Shown here: piece by piece, positions 40,501 to 52,145 of the stretch | Layout: the number at the start of each line of letters is the position of its first letter | How positions within the stretch are numbered: position 1 is the stretch's first letter | Assembly (NCBI RefSeq): GCF_963678635.1 | Contig: NC_087064.1 | Coordinates: 45,921,437-45,985,436 of the forward strand | Source of the DNA: Symsagittifera roscoffensis | Lineage: Eukaryota | Direction: 5' to 3' | DNA: 64,000 nt | Position numbers and translations under genes: made by a program | Notes under the pieces: model-generated | What the model was told of the DNA's origin: nothing | What the model saw: only the letters and a program-made list of their open reading frames with translations | The model's database searches: none

Positions 40501-41340
40501 ACCAGGTAACAAACTACCAGTCAAAGGAGAACCAAAACACAAGTTAGAGATTGAGACCTGAGAAATTAGGAAAAAAGAATACAAGGGGAGAATCAATGTC
40601 AACTTCTGGACAATCTAGGACCAACTGTAGACGATTTACCGTGGGAACGAGCGGACATGAAAAATCGCAGCTATTTTTATTTGTGTCTAGGGACAGAGGC
40701 CAAAGGCGGCTAAACAAACCTGACTCGAACCTGAACATACAAAACCTAACAACTAGATATCTATGGACAGACGAGAAACAGTGTCTTTAAAAAACCGAGA
40801 AATGTATCATTTGACAGGTATGAAGCGTTCACGCGCAAGCAGGGAAAAACGGAAACATTGGAGCAGATCCCCTGCGGCTTAACAGAACTCGTAGTAATAG
40901 GAAACTTCAAATGCACAACTTGTAGCAACGGAGAACGTGAGGCAGAAATTGACAGAGACTTTATCTTCAGATTCTGAAAAGAACAGAAAAACGCAATCTC
41001 CACAGAAACCGGCCGCAAAGAGATTAGGCATAAAGCACCCCAGAACAAAAGTCATCAGAATCTAGACGTTCTCCTAGGACTAGAAAAAGCGCACTCACCA
41101 TAAAACTAGAAAATCTCCTTCCGATTAGCCAAATGTCGGAATCGAAAATGTCCGCAATAATTGTATGCAGCATCGAGGAAACCGACACGCATAACAACAT
41201 GCCCAACGAGACCAACAAAAACCAAGACACCCAAACAACTGATACGAAGAAGAACACAAAGCGACAAATCCTTTCGGATGGAATCACGTGTACGAAAATA
41301 CAAGTGGATACTTCCAAGTCAGAAAAACGGAGAACGTGAG
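37595..41340 (+). repeat. Tandem array of the 1.68-kb sub-repeat. It has two full 1,683-bp units (37,595-39,276 and 39,277-40,959). The third unit (40,960-41,340) carries an internal ~1.3-kb deletion.
   Basis: ORF-track entries recur at +1,683 (37,767 to 39,450 to 41,133; 38,633 to 40,316; 38,868 to 40,551). At 41,326 the sequence jumps from the equivalent of ~10,300 to ~11,590. Confidence 0.85.
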
Positions 41341-43180
41341 GCAGAAATTGACAGAGACCTATTCACAGGCAATGTGTTCAACGATGAAGTGCAAAAAGAT
41401 CTGCTAGCGGAAAAGAATCTCCGGAACAAGCGTTATTTGTCAGTGTCTTCAGGATTTCTGTCAATTCCTCTGGAGTGCAAGCTCTGTAAATGTTTGTGCG
41501 ATGGTTGTTGATAGAATTACTGATAATATCGTGCCACAACACCACTTGACGTTTTTCTGCTAGAGATGCCCTGCATAGTGGGTTTGAGAGGTTTTTCTGC
41601 GAGTTCGTGGTGTTCGAGTTAAAGGAAAGTCACGGAATAGCCGATATTTTGGGCAGAAATTGTTCCTTCTCCGGGTTGCTAAGATATTCCAGGCTGTGGT
41701 AGAAGGAATTAGCCGCTACAATGTAGACCATTTCAATTCTAACATTTTTTTAAAAAACCAAAAATCCAAAGGAAAAATTAAATTTACAATTCTTTGTAGG
41801 AGAGACTGTAATTGAGACTTGGCTCAACGCCGTAGAGTTTTAGAATTTTACAACTAAATAAGTTGAGACCTACATCTAAATAAATTGTCTGACAGAGTTT
41901 TTGAAAAAATATAAATTGACTCAGACTACTCTAAATTTGCAATTTCTTCGTGGTCTTGCAAAAAAAAACGTTTAGCATTATAATCATGTTAACTATCTTT
42001 TGCTTAAAATTTAGACGATGCTTTGTGGTAAATTCGTAAGTTTTAAAAGCAGAACAAACAACTACAAAAAACAATTTGGTAAGCCTTAAATTGAAAAAAA
42101 TTGAAAAATGAAAAATATCTTTTACAATACCGCATGAGTTTATTTCAGTTCAATTGAAAAACTCCCAGCCGATTGCAACTAAAACTCCTAATCTTTCTTA
42201 TTTTCAATGTTTCCCATCAAAAAGAATAAAAAATAATTACATTACTCTGAAATTTTTGCTGCAAAGCCGCGTGAATTTAACTCAATTCGATTGAAAAACT
42301 CCCAGCCAGTAGCTTTTGAAACTATTTCAGATTAACTACAAAAAACAATTTGGTAAGCATTAAATTGAAAAAAATTGAAAAATGAAAAATATCTTTTACA
42401 ATACCGCATGAGTTTATTTCAGTTCAATTGAAAAACTCCCAGCCGATTGCAACTAAAACTCCTAATCTTTCTTATTTTCAATGTTTCCCATCAAAAAGAA
42501 TAAAAAATAATTACATTACTCTGAATTTTTGCTGCAAAGCCGCGTGAATTTAACTCAATTCGATTGAAAAACTCCCAGCCAGTAGCTACTAAAACTATTT
42601 CGGATTAACTGCAAATTAATCCAGATAAAACACCAAACTGCTGTATTGTTTTTTATGGCTCTCATTATATTTTTCCATGATGTATTATGTTTCAGCGCAA
42701 TTGTTGTTGTTTTTTTTTGAAATTTGGTAATGAAATTTTGAATTTAGTTTTATAATGAAATAAATTAACGTGACTCTTTAGCACTTTTCTCTTATTTTCT
42801 TAATTTTTTTATAAAAGTGTGCTTTCTTTGAAAAACTATATATACTTCGAAATAATTAACTTCAGTAAATAGCAAGGCTAGCCGGTAGTTATGCAAGTAA
42901 ACTAAGCAATTCCGCAGAAAATTTGCGTCTACAAAAAAACTTGAAAACAGTTGTTTCTGTTAGGTTATGAGCGGATCTAAACAAAAACCTATAAAATAAG
43001 CATATTTTGTAGTAAATGTAGAATATGCGTTTCTGATAAAGTTTTTTTCGAAATTTTTATCAAAAAAAAAAAATTCCATTTTTTGGCAGTTTTTTTAAAA
43101 GTTTTAAAAATGAGTTCAAAAAACTTCAATAACTCATACTATTGGAGAAAAATTCAGTTTTTACATTTTTTTTGCGTATT
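41341..43180 (+). repeat. Copy of the Y-end and Z segment (equivalent to ~11,590-13,150). It contains an internal ~190-bp direct duplication at 42,020-42,590.
   Basis: 41,161-41,511 and 41,520-43,150 match 11,512-11,766 and 11,770-13,150. The block ttggtaagc(a/c)ttaaattgaaaaaaattgaaaaatgaaaaatatc... occurs twice. Confidence 0.75.
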
Positions 43181-43993
43181 ATAAGCCCACTCGATTCATA
43201 AGACAATTACTTGTGGTACTTGATTTTTTATAGAAAAAAAAAACAAAGTAAAAAATATTAAAACACACGCGAATACGACAAGTTTTGAGCCAAAAATGAT
43301 TTTGTAAGTCTTTTCAAAAATTTCATACCCCCTAAAACTGCCTGTAATAGCACTACCCAACCAATAGTTAATAGTAATTTAACACACTCAGCAATTACCC
43401 ACCCATACGTGATACGACTAACTTTTTTAAACTAGTTGATAACCCGAAAAAAGTCTGGATTTCATTTGATAACGCTTGCTAATCGCATGCTTGAGAAACC
43501 AGATGAGTTTAGTTTATCGAAAGAATTTAATAATTGTCAGACTTAAAAGCTCCTGAATTTTACAAAAAGTTATAGCCGGTTATACTCTCTTGACTTCATG
43601 GCTCTCATTGTTAAATTGAAGTTTTCTAAGAGGTATAGAATTGTCCACATTCTTGCAGTAAATTTTGCACAAATTTGTTTTAACTTGTGGGTTAGACTTC
43701 ACAAAAATAAACAATCTGGAGGTGTAATTTTACACTAGAAAGCTTGTTTGTGTACATAACATTAATAAAAAATCAAACCTTTTAGTAGTTCGAGCGACTG
43801 ACAAACTGTTTGTGCAAATTTCAGCTTTTAGTTTTTAGTCAGATTATAGTTTTTCAGCTTTTAGTTTTCAGCTTTCAAGTTTTTAGTCAAACAGACCAAA
43901 AATGATCATTAAGCGATATTTATGGCCAAGAGTGACTGGTGGCGTAAACTTAATTCAGAATATCTTGATTAAGGATTGTTAAATGCATGCTTG

Positions 43994-44012
43994 CCCCCCC
44001 CCCCCCCCCCCC
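43994..44012. repeat. Poly-C tract (C19). It reads as a G19 run on the minus strand.
   Basis: Direct reading. Confidence 0.95.
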
Positions 44013-44275
44013 AGAAAATAAATCGAGTCTTTTCTTAACTGAGTCAGCGGCGGATTTAGATCGATAGTTAAATATATAATTGTTGGCTCGCACTCCAGGA
44101 AGAAAAGGCACGCATGTGAATCAGTTTCTCCAGATAAATTTGAAATTTATGAAATTGAAAACAAACTGATGTCCTTGAAACTCTTAGAATTTCTAACTTA
44201 TGATTGACACTTTTTGATAAATATAACCCGGTTTAAGAAAACTATCAATCGGCAAACTTTTCATTCTGCTGGCGA

Positions 44276-44420
44276 ATCTGAAAACGAAAATCCAACGTCG
44301 GAACTAAAAGTTGATCACATTTATCTTGACCTTTATACTTTTGCTGTTCGATAGTGGAGTTAGCGTTGATTTAACAAGGGAACTTTAAAATGAACAATTT
44401 AAGTTCAGAAATCAATTCAG
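44276..44420 (+). mobile_element. SINE-like short interspersed element, copy A (head region)
   Basis: It shares the core gaatctgaa...gatcac...ttttgctgttcgata(g/c)tggagtt.g...ttttaacaa(a/g)gaa...gaactgaa with 49,800-50,075, 55,495-55,640 and 61,845-62,115. Confidence 0.55.
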
Positions 44421-45432
44421 TTTTCCTGAAAAAAAAAAAGAAACATCATGACCTTAATAATAGTCAGAACTATCTCAATCGAAGTAAGTTTTAGTCGCCT
44501 ATTCGCACTTTTGACGGATTTCATGTGTTTTTTGCCCTTCTTTTTAAATTGATCAGAAATTCAACAAGATGAGCTTACCTTGCAGCTCAAATCAAGTATG
44601 AGAAGGCTTCAATATGACAAATCAATGAACTCTATCTGAAGTTTATTTGTGGCTTCTGGAGTTGAGTTGAGAATACATGCGAGAACTCAACAATATGCGT
44701 AAGCGTAACCCAACAATATGCGAGAATACAATATACGTAACCCAACAATTCTTGAACCAACTTGAAACTAAATGAAGCAAAAATTTTGATGTCACTTACA
44801 CTTTGCAGAAAAAAAATTATGGGGGAGGAAAATTTTCTGATTAAAGCGACCGTGAAAACTCAAGCCAATAACCTAAAAAAGTAAGTGCGAAAAATTATTA
44901 CCTAAATAAGTGTCCCTCATCACTCAGATATGCATATTTGAGTCCAAGGTTAGAAAAAAAATGGTGCAGTAAATTTTTATTAATTATTTATTAATCTTTC
45001 ATCAATTAAAGGTATGCCTAATTTACCATGCATTAATCTTTGAATTTCAAATTAACATTTCTATAGCAGTTAATGTCCAGTTAATGAATAGATAAAGAAT
45101 GTTTTATAGATAAATCTTGAGGGAGTATACATTTCCCAGTTTATCTGCAGCAGATATGTTCGACAGTTTCACACGCGTGTCTTCGTTTCTTGAAACTGTT
45201 AGGCAGGAGACAGGTCCACTACATGAAAATTGGCCAACCTGAAAAACAACGTAAATAAAGACAAGTTAGAACAACAGCCTTAAATAACCATCTTACATAC
45301 TGTTAGATTTAACACTTGTTTTAAAAAAATCAATTTTTTAAATCGGAAATAAAAGTTTGCAAGTTTTGTTTCAAGAAGTTAAATCTAAAAGCAACTGAAA
45401 TCTTTCGTAAGCTGAATTTTAATTCATTCTTA

Positions 45433-45615
45433 CTAACTTCTCCATTTTTTTACATGCACGAAATGTATTAAGGAGCTTGCCTGTATCAGACGTCTTTCTT
45501 TTGTACCATCTTTGTCAACTTCTTCTTTTCTCCACACTCTGATCTCGCAGTCGTCCCCAGCAGTTACTAGCAGGGCATGCGCCAATGAAATACACCTAAC
45601 TGCTCCCTCGTGTGC
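45433..45615 (-). CDS. WD40-repeat protein gene, terminal coding exon (E10). The stop codon is at 45,433-45,435.
   Basis: Acceptor aattgttgcag|GCACACGAG in phase 0. The translation is AHEGAVRCISLAHALLVTAGDDCEIRVWRKEEVDKDGTKERRLIQASSLIHFVHVKKWRS*, a WD blade with the ...AGDDCEIRVW motif. Confidence 0.55.
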   Translation of the reverse strand, partial: AHEGAVRCISLAHALLVTAGDDCEIRVWRKEEVDKDGTKERRLIQASSLIHFVHVKKWRS

Positions 45616-45766
45616 CTGCAACAATTATTATCTCAAATCCGCACGTTCGAACAACCGTTAAGTTCAAAAAAACTTACACGCAAATTAGAGCACACTACAA
45701 ATACAATGACCAGAAATAGTAAACGTGACTATGAGACAATGAACAAAGATTACTCGTGACAGGTAC

Positions 45767-45910
45767 CTTGGTAGCCATTGTTTGTTCAACTTTCCACACC
45801 GAACTATTTCTCTTTTCGTACTCCTTCGGGCAGATCATGTGGACGAATCCATTCGCATCTCCAATGTAGAACAAGCCCTGTTCTCGTGCATCCACTTCAA
45901 AACAAGTCCA
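45767..45910 (-). CDS. WD40-repeat protein gene, exon E9. The donor is firm. The acceptor is ambiguous, with alternatives up to ~45,945.
   Basis: Donor ACCAAG|GTACCT in phase 0 joins in frame to E10. The translation includes DAREQGLFYIGDANGFVHMICPKEYEKRNSSVWKVEQTMATK. Confidence 0.45.
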
Positions 45911-46273
45911 CTGAGAAGAAGAGAATTCGTGACAAGTTTCTATTCTGTAACCTAGAAGAAAAATAAATATTTCAACACTGGGGCCAAATAAGATGACAGA
46001 GCGTTAAAAAACAGATTTAAGCCGGTTACACTCAAAACAATTCATTAATTTTAAAATTTTAACTTATCTGACAAAAAAAAGAACAGCCAATCGAGGATTG
46101 CAAAAGACTAATGAACGCAATTAAACATAAAAAAACACTGTTGAAAAAATCTCAACTTTTGAATTTCAAAGTAAAAAATAGATGCCCTTTAAGCTCTTTG
46201 AATTTCTAGAACAATTTATGATTGCCGCTTTTTTGATAACATTAACCCAAATTGAGAAAACTGGATCAACAGG

Positions 46274-46634
46274 CAGGGGCGGATTTAGGGGGGCGGACGC
46301 CCCCCCCCCTCAGGGATTCGACCCCCTGCCGACCCAAAGGGTCCCCCCTTTGATACTTTTTCAGAAATCCATTTTTGGCCGACCGACCGTAAAATTTTTT
46401 TAAAGGCTCTTTCGGCGCCAATATATATTAACTTTGAGGGGGAGCGCGCGCCAAAAAAACGCGATTTTTTTGTGAAAGTTTTTCCAAAAAGTGCCCAAAA
46501 TAGGGGCAAAACAGTGCTTTGGGAGAGCTCGAAAAATCAATTTGATCGACCTAAAAAAAAGGTCGTCAAAATTTTGGAAAATTTTTTGAAAATCCGCCCC
46601 CCCTCCCCTCGAGAAAATCCTAGATCCGCCCCTG
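46274..46634. mobile_element. hAT-like MITE of 361 bp with 16-bp imperfect TIRs (CAGGGGCGGATTTAGG / CCTAGATCCGCCCCTG). It is flanked by an 8-bp target-site duplication TCAACAGG at 46,266-46,273 and 46,635-46,642.
   Basis: Direct reading. The TIR begins CAGGG, matching the hAT YARNG rule. An 8-bp TSD is the hAT hallmark. The element is a GC-rich island in an AT-rich intron. Confidence 0.65.
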
Positions 46635-46899
46635 TCAACAGGTAAAGTTTTTTTCCGCTGGGAAATCTTTAGAAACAAATTCTACTTTCGAAACTAGAAA
46701 ACGCTCACGAATTTTTGCGCCAACTGCACGTTCGTTTTTGGAGAGTGCTATTTACGTCACTTTCAGCAGATGAATTTCAATTGATCTCAAAAAATGCATT
46801 ATACCTAAGTGCATCAATATTTTAAGATTTACCTGAAAAAAAATCAGTAGGACCTATATGATAGTCTTCACTACGTTCATTACTCTTAATCATTTAAAT

Positions 46900-47250
46900 T
46901 TGATCAGATTGATTGAACTATCATTGCTTTGCACAGTCGTCAACCATAGTTTACCGGCTCTTCGGTCCGGAGTCTGGAACAAAGCGTTCGATGAGCTAAC
47001 AAAACAATCGCGTTCATCCATACTACAGTGCAGGTTCCAGAAAGTCTTATTTGGCCCCTTCACTACCAGCCAATCAGTACGCCAGGGCTCATCTTTCAAA
47101 GATGGAGAGGCTGTGCTCCACAGATTCATTACGTTCTCTGGTCTGGAGACGCTTCGAGCTAATGCAGTCAATGAACCGTCCCAGCAACAGAACAATATTG
47201 GGTTCTTTTTGTCAATAAGGGACGACACTTTGCGTATATTGGCCACTGGA
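46900..47250 (-). CDS. Candidate additional exon (E8) of the WD40 gene. Boundaries are unresolved.
   Basis: Minus ORF 46,890-47,297 (135 aa, no stops) contains ...PILFCCWDGSLTALARSV...NLWSTASPSLKDEPWRTDWLVVKG. The overlapping plus-strand ORF 46,858-47,307 is probably the mirror artefact. The 3' end overlaps SINE-like tail sequence. Confidence 0.25.
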
Positions 47251-47601
47251 GATCCTAGATCAGTTGTCGACAACAAACTAGAACGCAACATTATCAAGTT
47301 TTCGTAAAAATTTCAGACACTTACTCAGCTTCATTAAAATAAAAATATTAAATTAGGCAACTTTTAAGGCTGAATTCATGATGCTTAATATGGAGTTGAT
47401 CTATAATTCTCTCAATCTCCCCCTAATTCCACCCCGAGTAGAAAGAATAAAAGAATTTTTGTAAAAAAAGAAACACTTTCGAAGAAAGAACGACACACTC
47501 AATTCGCAGGTTGATCGCTTATAGTTTAAGTATACTTCCAGTCAGTCTCATTTTATTGCTCACAAAACCTCTCGAACATTTCTTCAACATTCCAGACTCA
47601 C

Positions 47602-47940
47602 AGTAGAAATGAGAACAAACCTCAGTGATGCAATGGACCCGTAGGCCCCATTGTTTGCTTCCGTTATCTCCCAATTGTGCACTTTGCCATCACGTCCCGC
47701 ACTCATCACGAACACTCTCTTTGCGTGCACAGCCACATTCACCCCACTCACAAACCCCTTGTGGTGCTTCGGGTGGACCGAATGGTTCATTGTGAGCCGT
47801 CTCCCCGAGGAGTGTTCGACTACTTGTAATTCACCAGCCACGTCTCCCACAACTACACGTGCAAGTGAGCTGACGACGTAGAAGTCAATAGCGGAGATCG
47901 TGACGTCACAGCATTTATTCACGCTTTTAGCACTGTCACT
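47602..47940 (-). CDS. WD40-repeat protein gene, exon E7
   Basis: Acceptor tttcgtatag|AGTGAC in phase 0, continuing from E6. Donor TCTACT|GTGAGT. An alternative donor at CTGAG|GTTTGT lies ~24 nt upstream. The translation includes VFVMSAGRDGKVHNWEI (a WD motif). Confidence 0.55.
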
Positions 47941-48217
47941 CTATACGAAATTTTTTTCAACCTTAATTGGAATTTTTTAATATTCTTTTTTTAATCTTTG
48001 TTTTCAATTTAAAAGATAATCAGCATCAAATTAGAATTTGAACTTCATTTTCTGATTCCACAACACTCTTTCTGCTTTGAAGACATTTGAAAACAGATTT
48101 TCGTAATAATCATATTGAATCCAACTAAATGAATGGCAGTGAACGTTGTTCAGTCTGAAGTGCTCATAAAACCTTGTTCAGTCTTATCATTCGTTGTTAT
48201 TATTTAATGATATATAC

Positions 48218-48501
48218 CTGAACTTTCAGGTCCCATTTGATCACGTTCGAATCACTCGCGCCTGAAAACACGCTCGAATCCTTGCTCTGTTCACATACAC
48301 AATTGACCACTTCTGAGTGACCGACAAGAGACGAGGTCTGATCCCCGACCATGGGGTCAACGACAGTCGTGTGTCCATCTTCGTGTCCAATCACCAAATG
48401 CACTTCTTTTTTCGACTCTTCTTTCTTAGTCGGGATTTCTCTCTTGCTCTGAGCAGAAATTTCTTCATCCTTTTCTACTTCAGCAGCCCAATCTGCAATC
48501 T
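48218..48501 (-). CDS. WD40-repeat protein gene, exon E6
   Basis: Acceptor tttgtctgttcag|AGATTGCAG. Donor GTTCAG|GTATAT. 1 nt from E5 plus AG forms GAG, so the frame is kept. The translation includes LVGHSEVVNCV...SGASDSNVIKWDL (a WD blade). Confidence 0.65.
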
Positions 48502-48826
48502 CTGAACAGACAAACATGTTTCGGACTTCGATAACAGTGTTTTTGTTCCGATTAACCAAAAGCAGTTTTAAATTTTTAGTAACTTCAAGGGCAGTCAAGT
48601 TTAGCCGATAGGCGTGCTACTCTGGAGTGGATTAATTTTTGAATTTGTTTATGGATTTAACTAAACATGTCTCAGCTTTTCGAAATAATAACTCGAGCGG
48701 ACTTCGAGTTAGGGAAACTTCGCTTGATGTTGTTTTTGTTGGAAAATATGGCATTTATAAGATATTCTTGAAACATTTTTGGAGCTTTCTGAAAACTTTC
48801 AATAATTAAGTCTTATTTGAACTCAC

Positions 48827-49010
48827 CCAGATTCATAACAGGTGAGTCCTCATCTGCCTCAGCTTTTATTCTGGCCTCACATACAAGCGTAGATATGCTT
48901 GCACTTGCCGGCGAAGTGAATTGATTGGACGCCAATATGGACCCTGTGGAGTATCTCCAGCACTTCACAACGCCTTCGCTGTCACTCGATACAATCAAAT
49001 CAGCATCGTT
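48827..49010 (-). CDS. WD40-repeat protein gene, exon E5
   Basis: Acceptor ttttttag|AACGATGCT. Donor AATCTGG|GTGAGT. The translation is NDADLIVSSDSEGVVKCWRYSTGSILASNQF... Confidence 0.65.
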
Positions 49011-49799
49011 CTAAAAAACATTTCAGAATGACCCATCAACAAACATATGCTGAAAACATCTGTAAAATGCTTGTTATGTTGTTTTTCCAACCCGACAGAG
49101 CAGCTGTCACATTTTAAGGAAACGAAATGCGAAATGCTTCAGCCGTGCAAAGTGAAAGCACTAATCAAATTAAAACTAGCGAACAGAGACAGCTGGAAAA
49201 GTGTTTATGAATTACAAGAAACCAAAAAATATATCTTTTTTTCTGATCATTTCAAGGGAAAGCATATCACGGTAAATCTCGTTGAATTTCGCAATATTGA
49301 CACTTTTTTGATAAAAACTGACCCATATTTTGCGCACTATTTACACTTTTTTTCTTGGAGAGCTTCATGTGCATTCCTTACCACTGTCTGACCTGGAAGT
49401 CAAAGAATCAGTTCACTTCCGCTTATAAACTAGCCAAATTTTCCGCTTGCGCCACCTAATCCTCGAAATACCGCTCTTATCGATGTCAAAACCATCATTT
49501 ATAACTACCTAGATCTGTGTAATAAAATGGAGCTAATTAGATAATGAATACAAAAATTCAGTTCCTTTTTGCAATCTTTTTTTCAATGCAATGGCTCGTT
49601 TATGCAATAGTCAGGCGTTGAGAAAATAAAACATCAACTGATATTGGAAATTACCTCTTTTAAATCACAGTAATTTGCTTCTTGCTAGTCCGCCCATACC
49701 CAATAAAGCGAAGGAACTAAGACATAGGATCGATTGTTTCAGCGCTATTTTAAGCATCTCAAAACCACAGGGAATATACTTATGTCGGCAAAATAATGT

Positions 49800-50075
49800 G
49801 GGAATCTGAAATCCTTTTTCGAAACTAGAAGTCGATCACGCGCATTTCGTGACCCTTACATTTTTGCTGTTTGATACTGGAGTTTGCCTTCCTTTTAACA
49901 AAACAAATGAACTGAACTCAAAAACAAATCAAAAGACAAACCTCGAAAAATTAAATTTGAGCTAAACAAAAACAAAATTTGAACTATTTCTGAAAAAAAA
50001 AACGTAAATAAAAATCATTCACGTTCATCGACTCTTGAAAAAACTTCGCTTTGTTGAACGGAAAAATTAAATGTT
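49800..50075 (+). mobile_element. SINE-like short interspersed element, copy B. Full-length: head plus tail ...cttcactacgttcatcgactcttgaaaaa...ttgaacggaaaaatt.
   Basis: See copy A. The tail is shared with copy D (61,990-62,115) and with 46,858-46,900. Confidence 0.55.
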
Positions 50076-51835
50076 TGATTATTTATTTAAATGAGGCAAG
50101 ACGCCATATTTACAAACCGCCATACCATATCTTGGAGCCGAAATTACATCAAAATTATGTAACAAATGCATAACACCAGTGACAATCTGTTGTTATGTTA
50201 CATAAAAATGTTTATGTTCAGCTTGTTGAAATGGTAATATTATTTTCGGCTTGTTAGCTGACCACCATAATTTCGATTAGCTAAAATATAAACAACTAGG
50301 GTTGACGAGAAAAAGTTGAAACACTTCACTATTTAGACATTTTGTAAGACAAACTTTCACTAAGCTTGGCTCAATTAGCTTGTTTACGCACATTTTACAA
50401 TCCAGCTTCAGTATTAATTAACATACGGGCCACCGACAAATCAAATTTCAGAAAAAAATTTCGTATTCAAGCGTATTTTCTTTATTTACTTTCAAATCTG
50501 GAACCATAAATGATTATCAGATGAAATCGAGTGATGCATCATCATATTAAAATCATTTCAACCAAATTTGAGCAGTAGTTTCAAAGTTTATCCGATGTCA
50601 AGAAAAATCGAGTAACAATTTTTGGTTATATTTTCCACAAAAAAACGAAGTTAAGGCCAACGCCAGCCAAAACCGCTTCAAGTCAATAAAATTCCACGCC
50701 GCAGCCAGACCTTTGCAAGCTTCTTGCTCGGAAACAGTCTATTTTAGTTTTTTTTTGATAAAATGTTTCCAAAAAACGGACAACAACTGCTAACTTTATT
50801 TTTTTTTGGCCTCATCATACTGGCTCAATGAATTCAATCGTATTCTATTTATTAAGTTTCAAAACTGCATAATTCATTCGAAGTGCAGTCCATTATGTAA
50901 ATGCCCTCCAGTTAATTTTTTTTTGCAAATCACGGCGGCTAAATCATTCGCATTACAGACTTGAAATTTTATTTCAGCGACAATGCATAATGGGCTTAAT
51001 ACATATCTATTTTGTAAACAAATAGCGTGCAAAGCTTCAGAAAAATCATTTAGCTAGCAAATGATATTCTAATTCCCTAAATTATAATCCTCACTTTCCC
51101 AGGAGCAATATGTCCCTATGAAATTTCGATTGAGCGAATTGATGTTAAATTCCAATTAAAAAATAGTCAATGTGATTTTGACTTAGAGACATAAGTCTGA
51201 TAGCGATACTCTGTACTTTAAGTGCCCTTAAGCTCAACGTCATTTCATTGCTTTAAAAACTTCTCTCTAGATTTGGATCAACAGATTCAACCCAACTGAA
51301 ACCAAATTACCATGACTAATTAAACCCTTTTATCGCATTTAGCCCATGAGGGAGATTTATGCAAATGTCTGCAAACAGTCCTAGCGCTGACTAATGCTAT
51401 TTAGATATTATCATCGGTATTTTTCAACCAAATTAAAACTATTTGGTTACATTCAACTATCTGTGGAATTAAATTCAGATAAGATTCAGAAAAAAGGATT
51501 CACACGTGATTTCAATTATCAACATCATATCATGTTATGTTGGGTAGGAAGTGGTGTAAATAGCGTCTTCTAACCAATTAGTAAGACCAAAAAAGCTCGT
51601 ATAATAATAACAAGACTGCTCGTATCAGGGCGAAGCCCTGAATGTTCCGACTGCCTTTTAAGGTTTATGGAGCAGCAGTAAAAGCATTAAAAAAATAAAA
51701 TAAAATAAAATGAAAATTTTTTCTAAAATTTGAAATTTTTTGTGAAAATCATCCCCCCACACGCCATATAGAGTACAAAAAGAGAGATTTCGTTCCTTGT
51801 AACAAATCAATTATGGCAAATAAGCTTCTTTTAAC

Positions 51836-52145
51836 CAATTTGGAACGATTATAAGACGGATTAACTCTCCGCTTACGCGTTAATAGCGCGAAATATATCG
51901 CGCGTTAATTGTCCCAAATTGGCCAAAATGGCAATCTTTAAACCCCCATAACTTTACGAAAAATGATCACAGGTGAAATATCTTTTCAAATTTAAGCTCA
52001 GGACAACAATAACTTTTGAAGGATATAAAAAAATTCCGTCAAAAATGGCTAGTTAAAAAGTCGAAATTTGTCTGAAGAAAAAAAACCCACCCCGAGCACA
52101 AATATTCCGTTACTTTCGTATCGAAAGTCGGAACAATAAATGTAA
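51836..52145 (+). repeat. ~300-bp interspersed repeat, copy 1. A partial copy is at 52,866-52,960 and another copy at 53,196-53,465.
   Basis: Shared blocks: gacggattaa(c/a)tctccgctt...cccccataacttt(a/g)c(g/a)aaaaatgatca...caacaata...ccgagc(a/t)caaatattccgt. Confidence 0.6.

Noticed and set aside
46182-46678. Three overlapping ORFs of 73-92 aa with Gly/Pro/Arg-rich products
   Set aside because: They lie wholly inside the GC-rich hAT-like MITE, where low T content suppresses stops. There are no motifs.
47651-47881. Plus-strand ORFs antisense to WD-gene exons. Others are at 48,317-48,505, 54,046-54,252, 58,324-58,539 and 58,884-59,081.
   Set aside because: They are mirror-strand ORFs opposite genuine minus-strand exons and have no motifs of their own.
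49047-49391. 114-aa plus-strand ORF in the E4-E5 intron. Also 52,821-53,123 and 52,854-53,051.
   Set aside because: There are no motifs. They are on the opposite strand to the gene or inside the ~300-bp repeat, so most likely chance ORFs in A/T-rich intron sequence.
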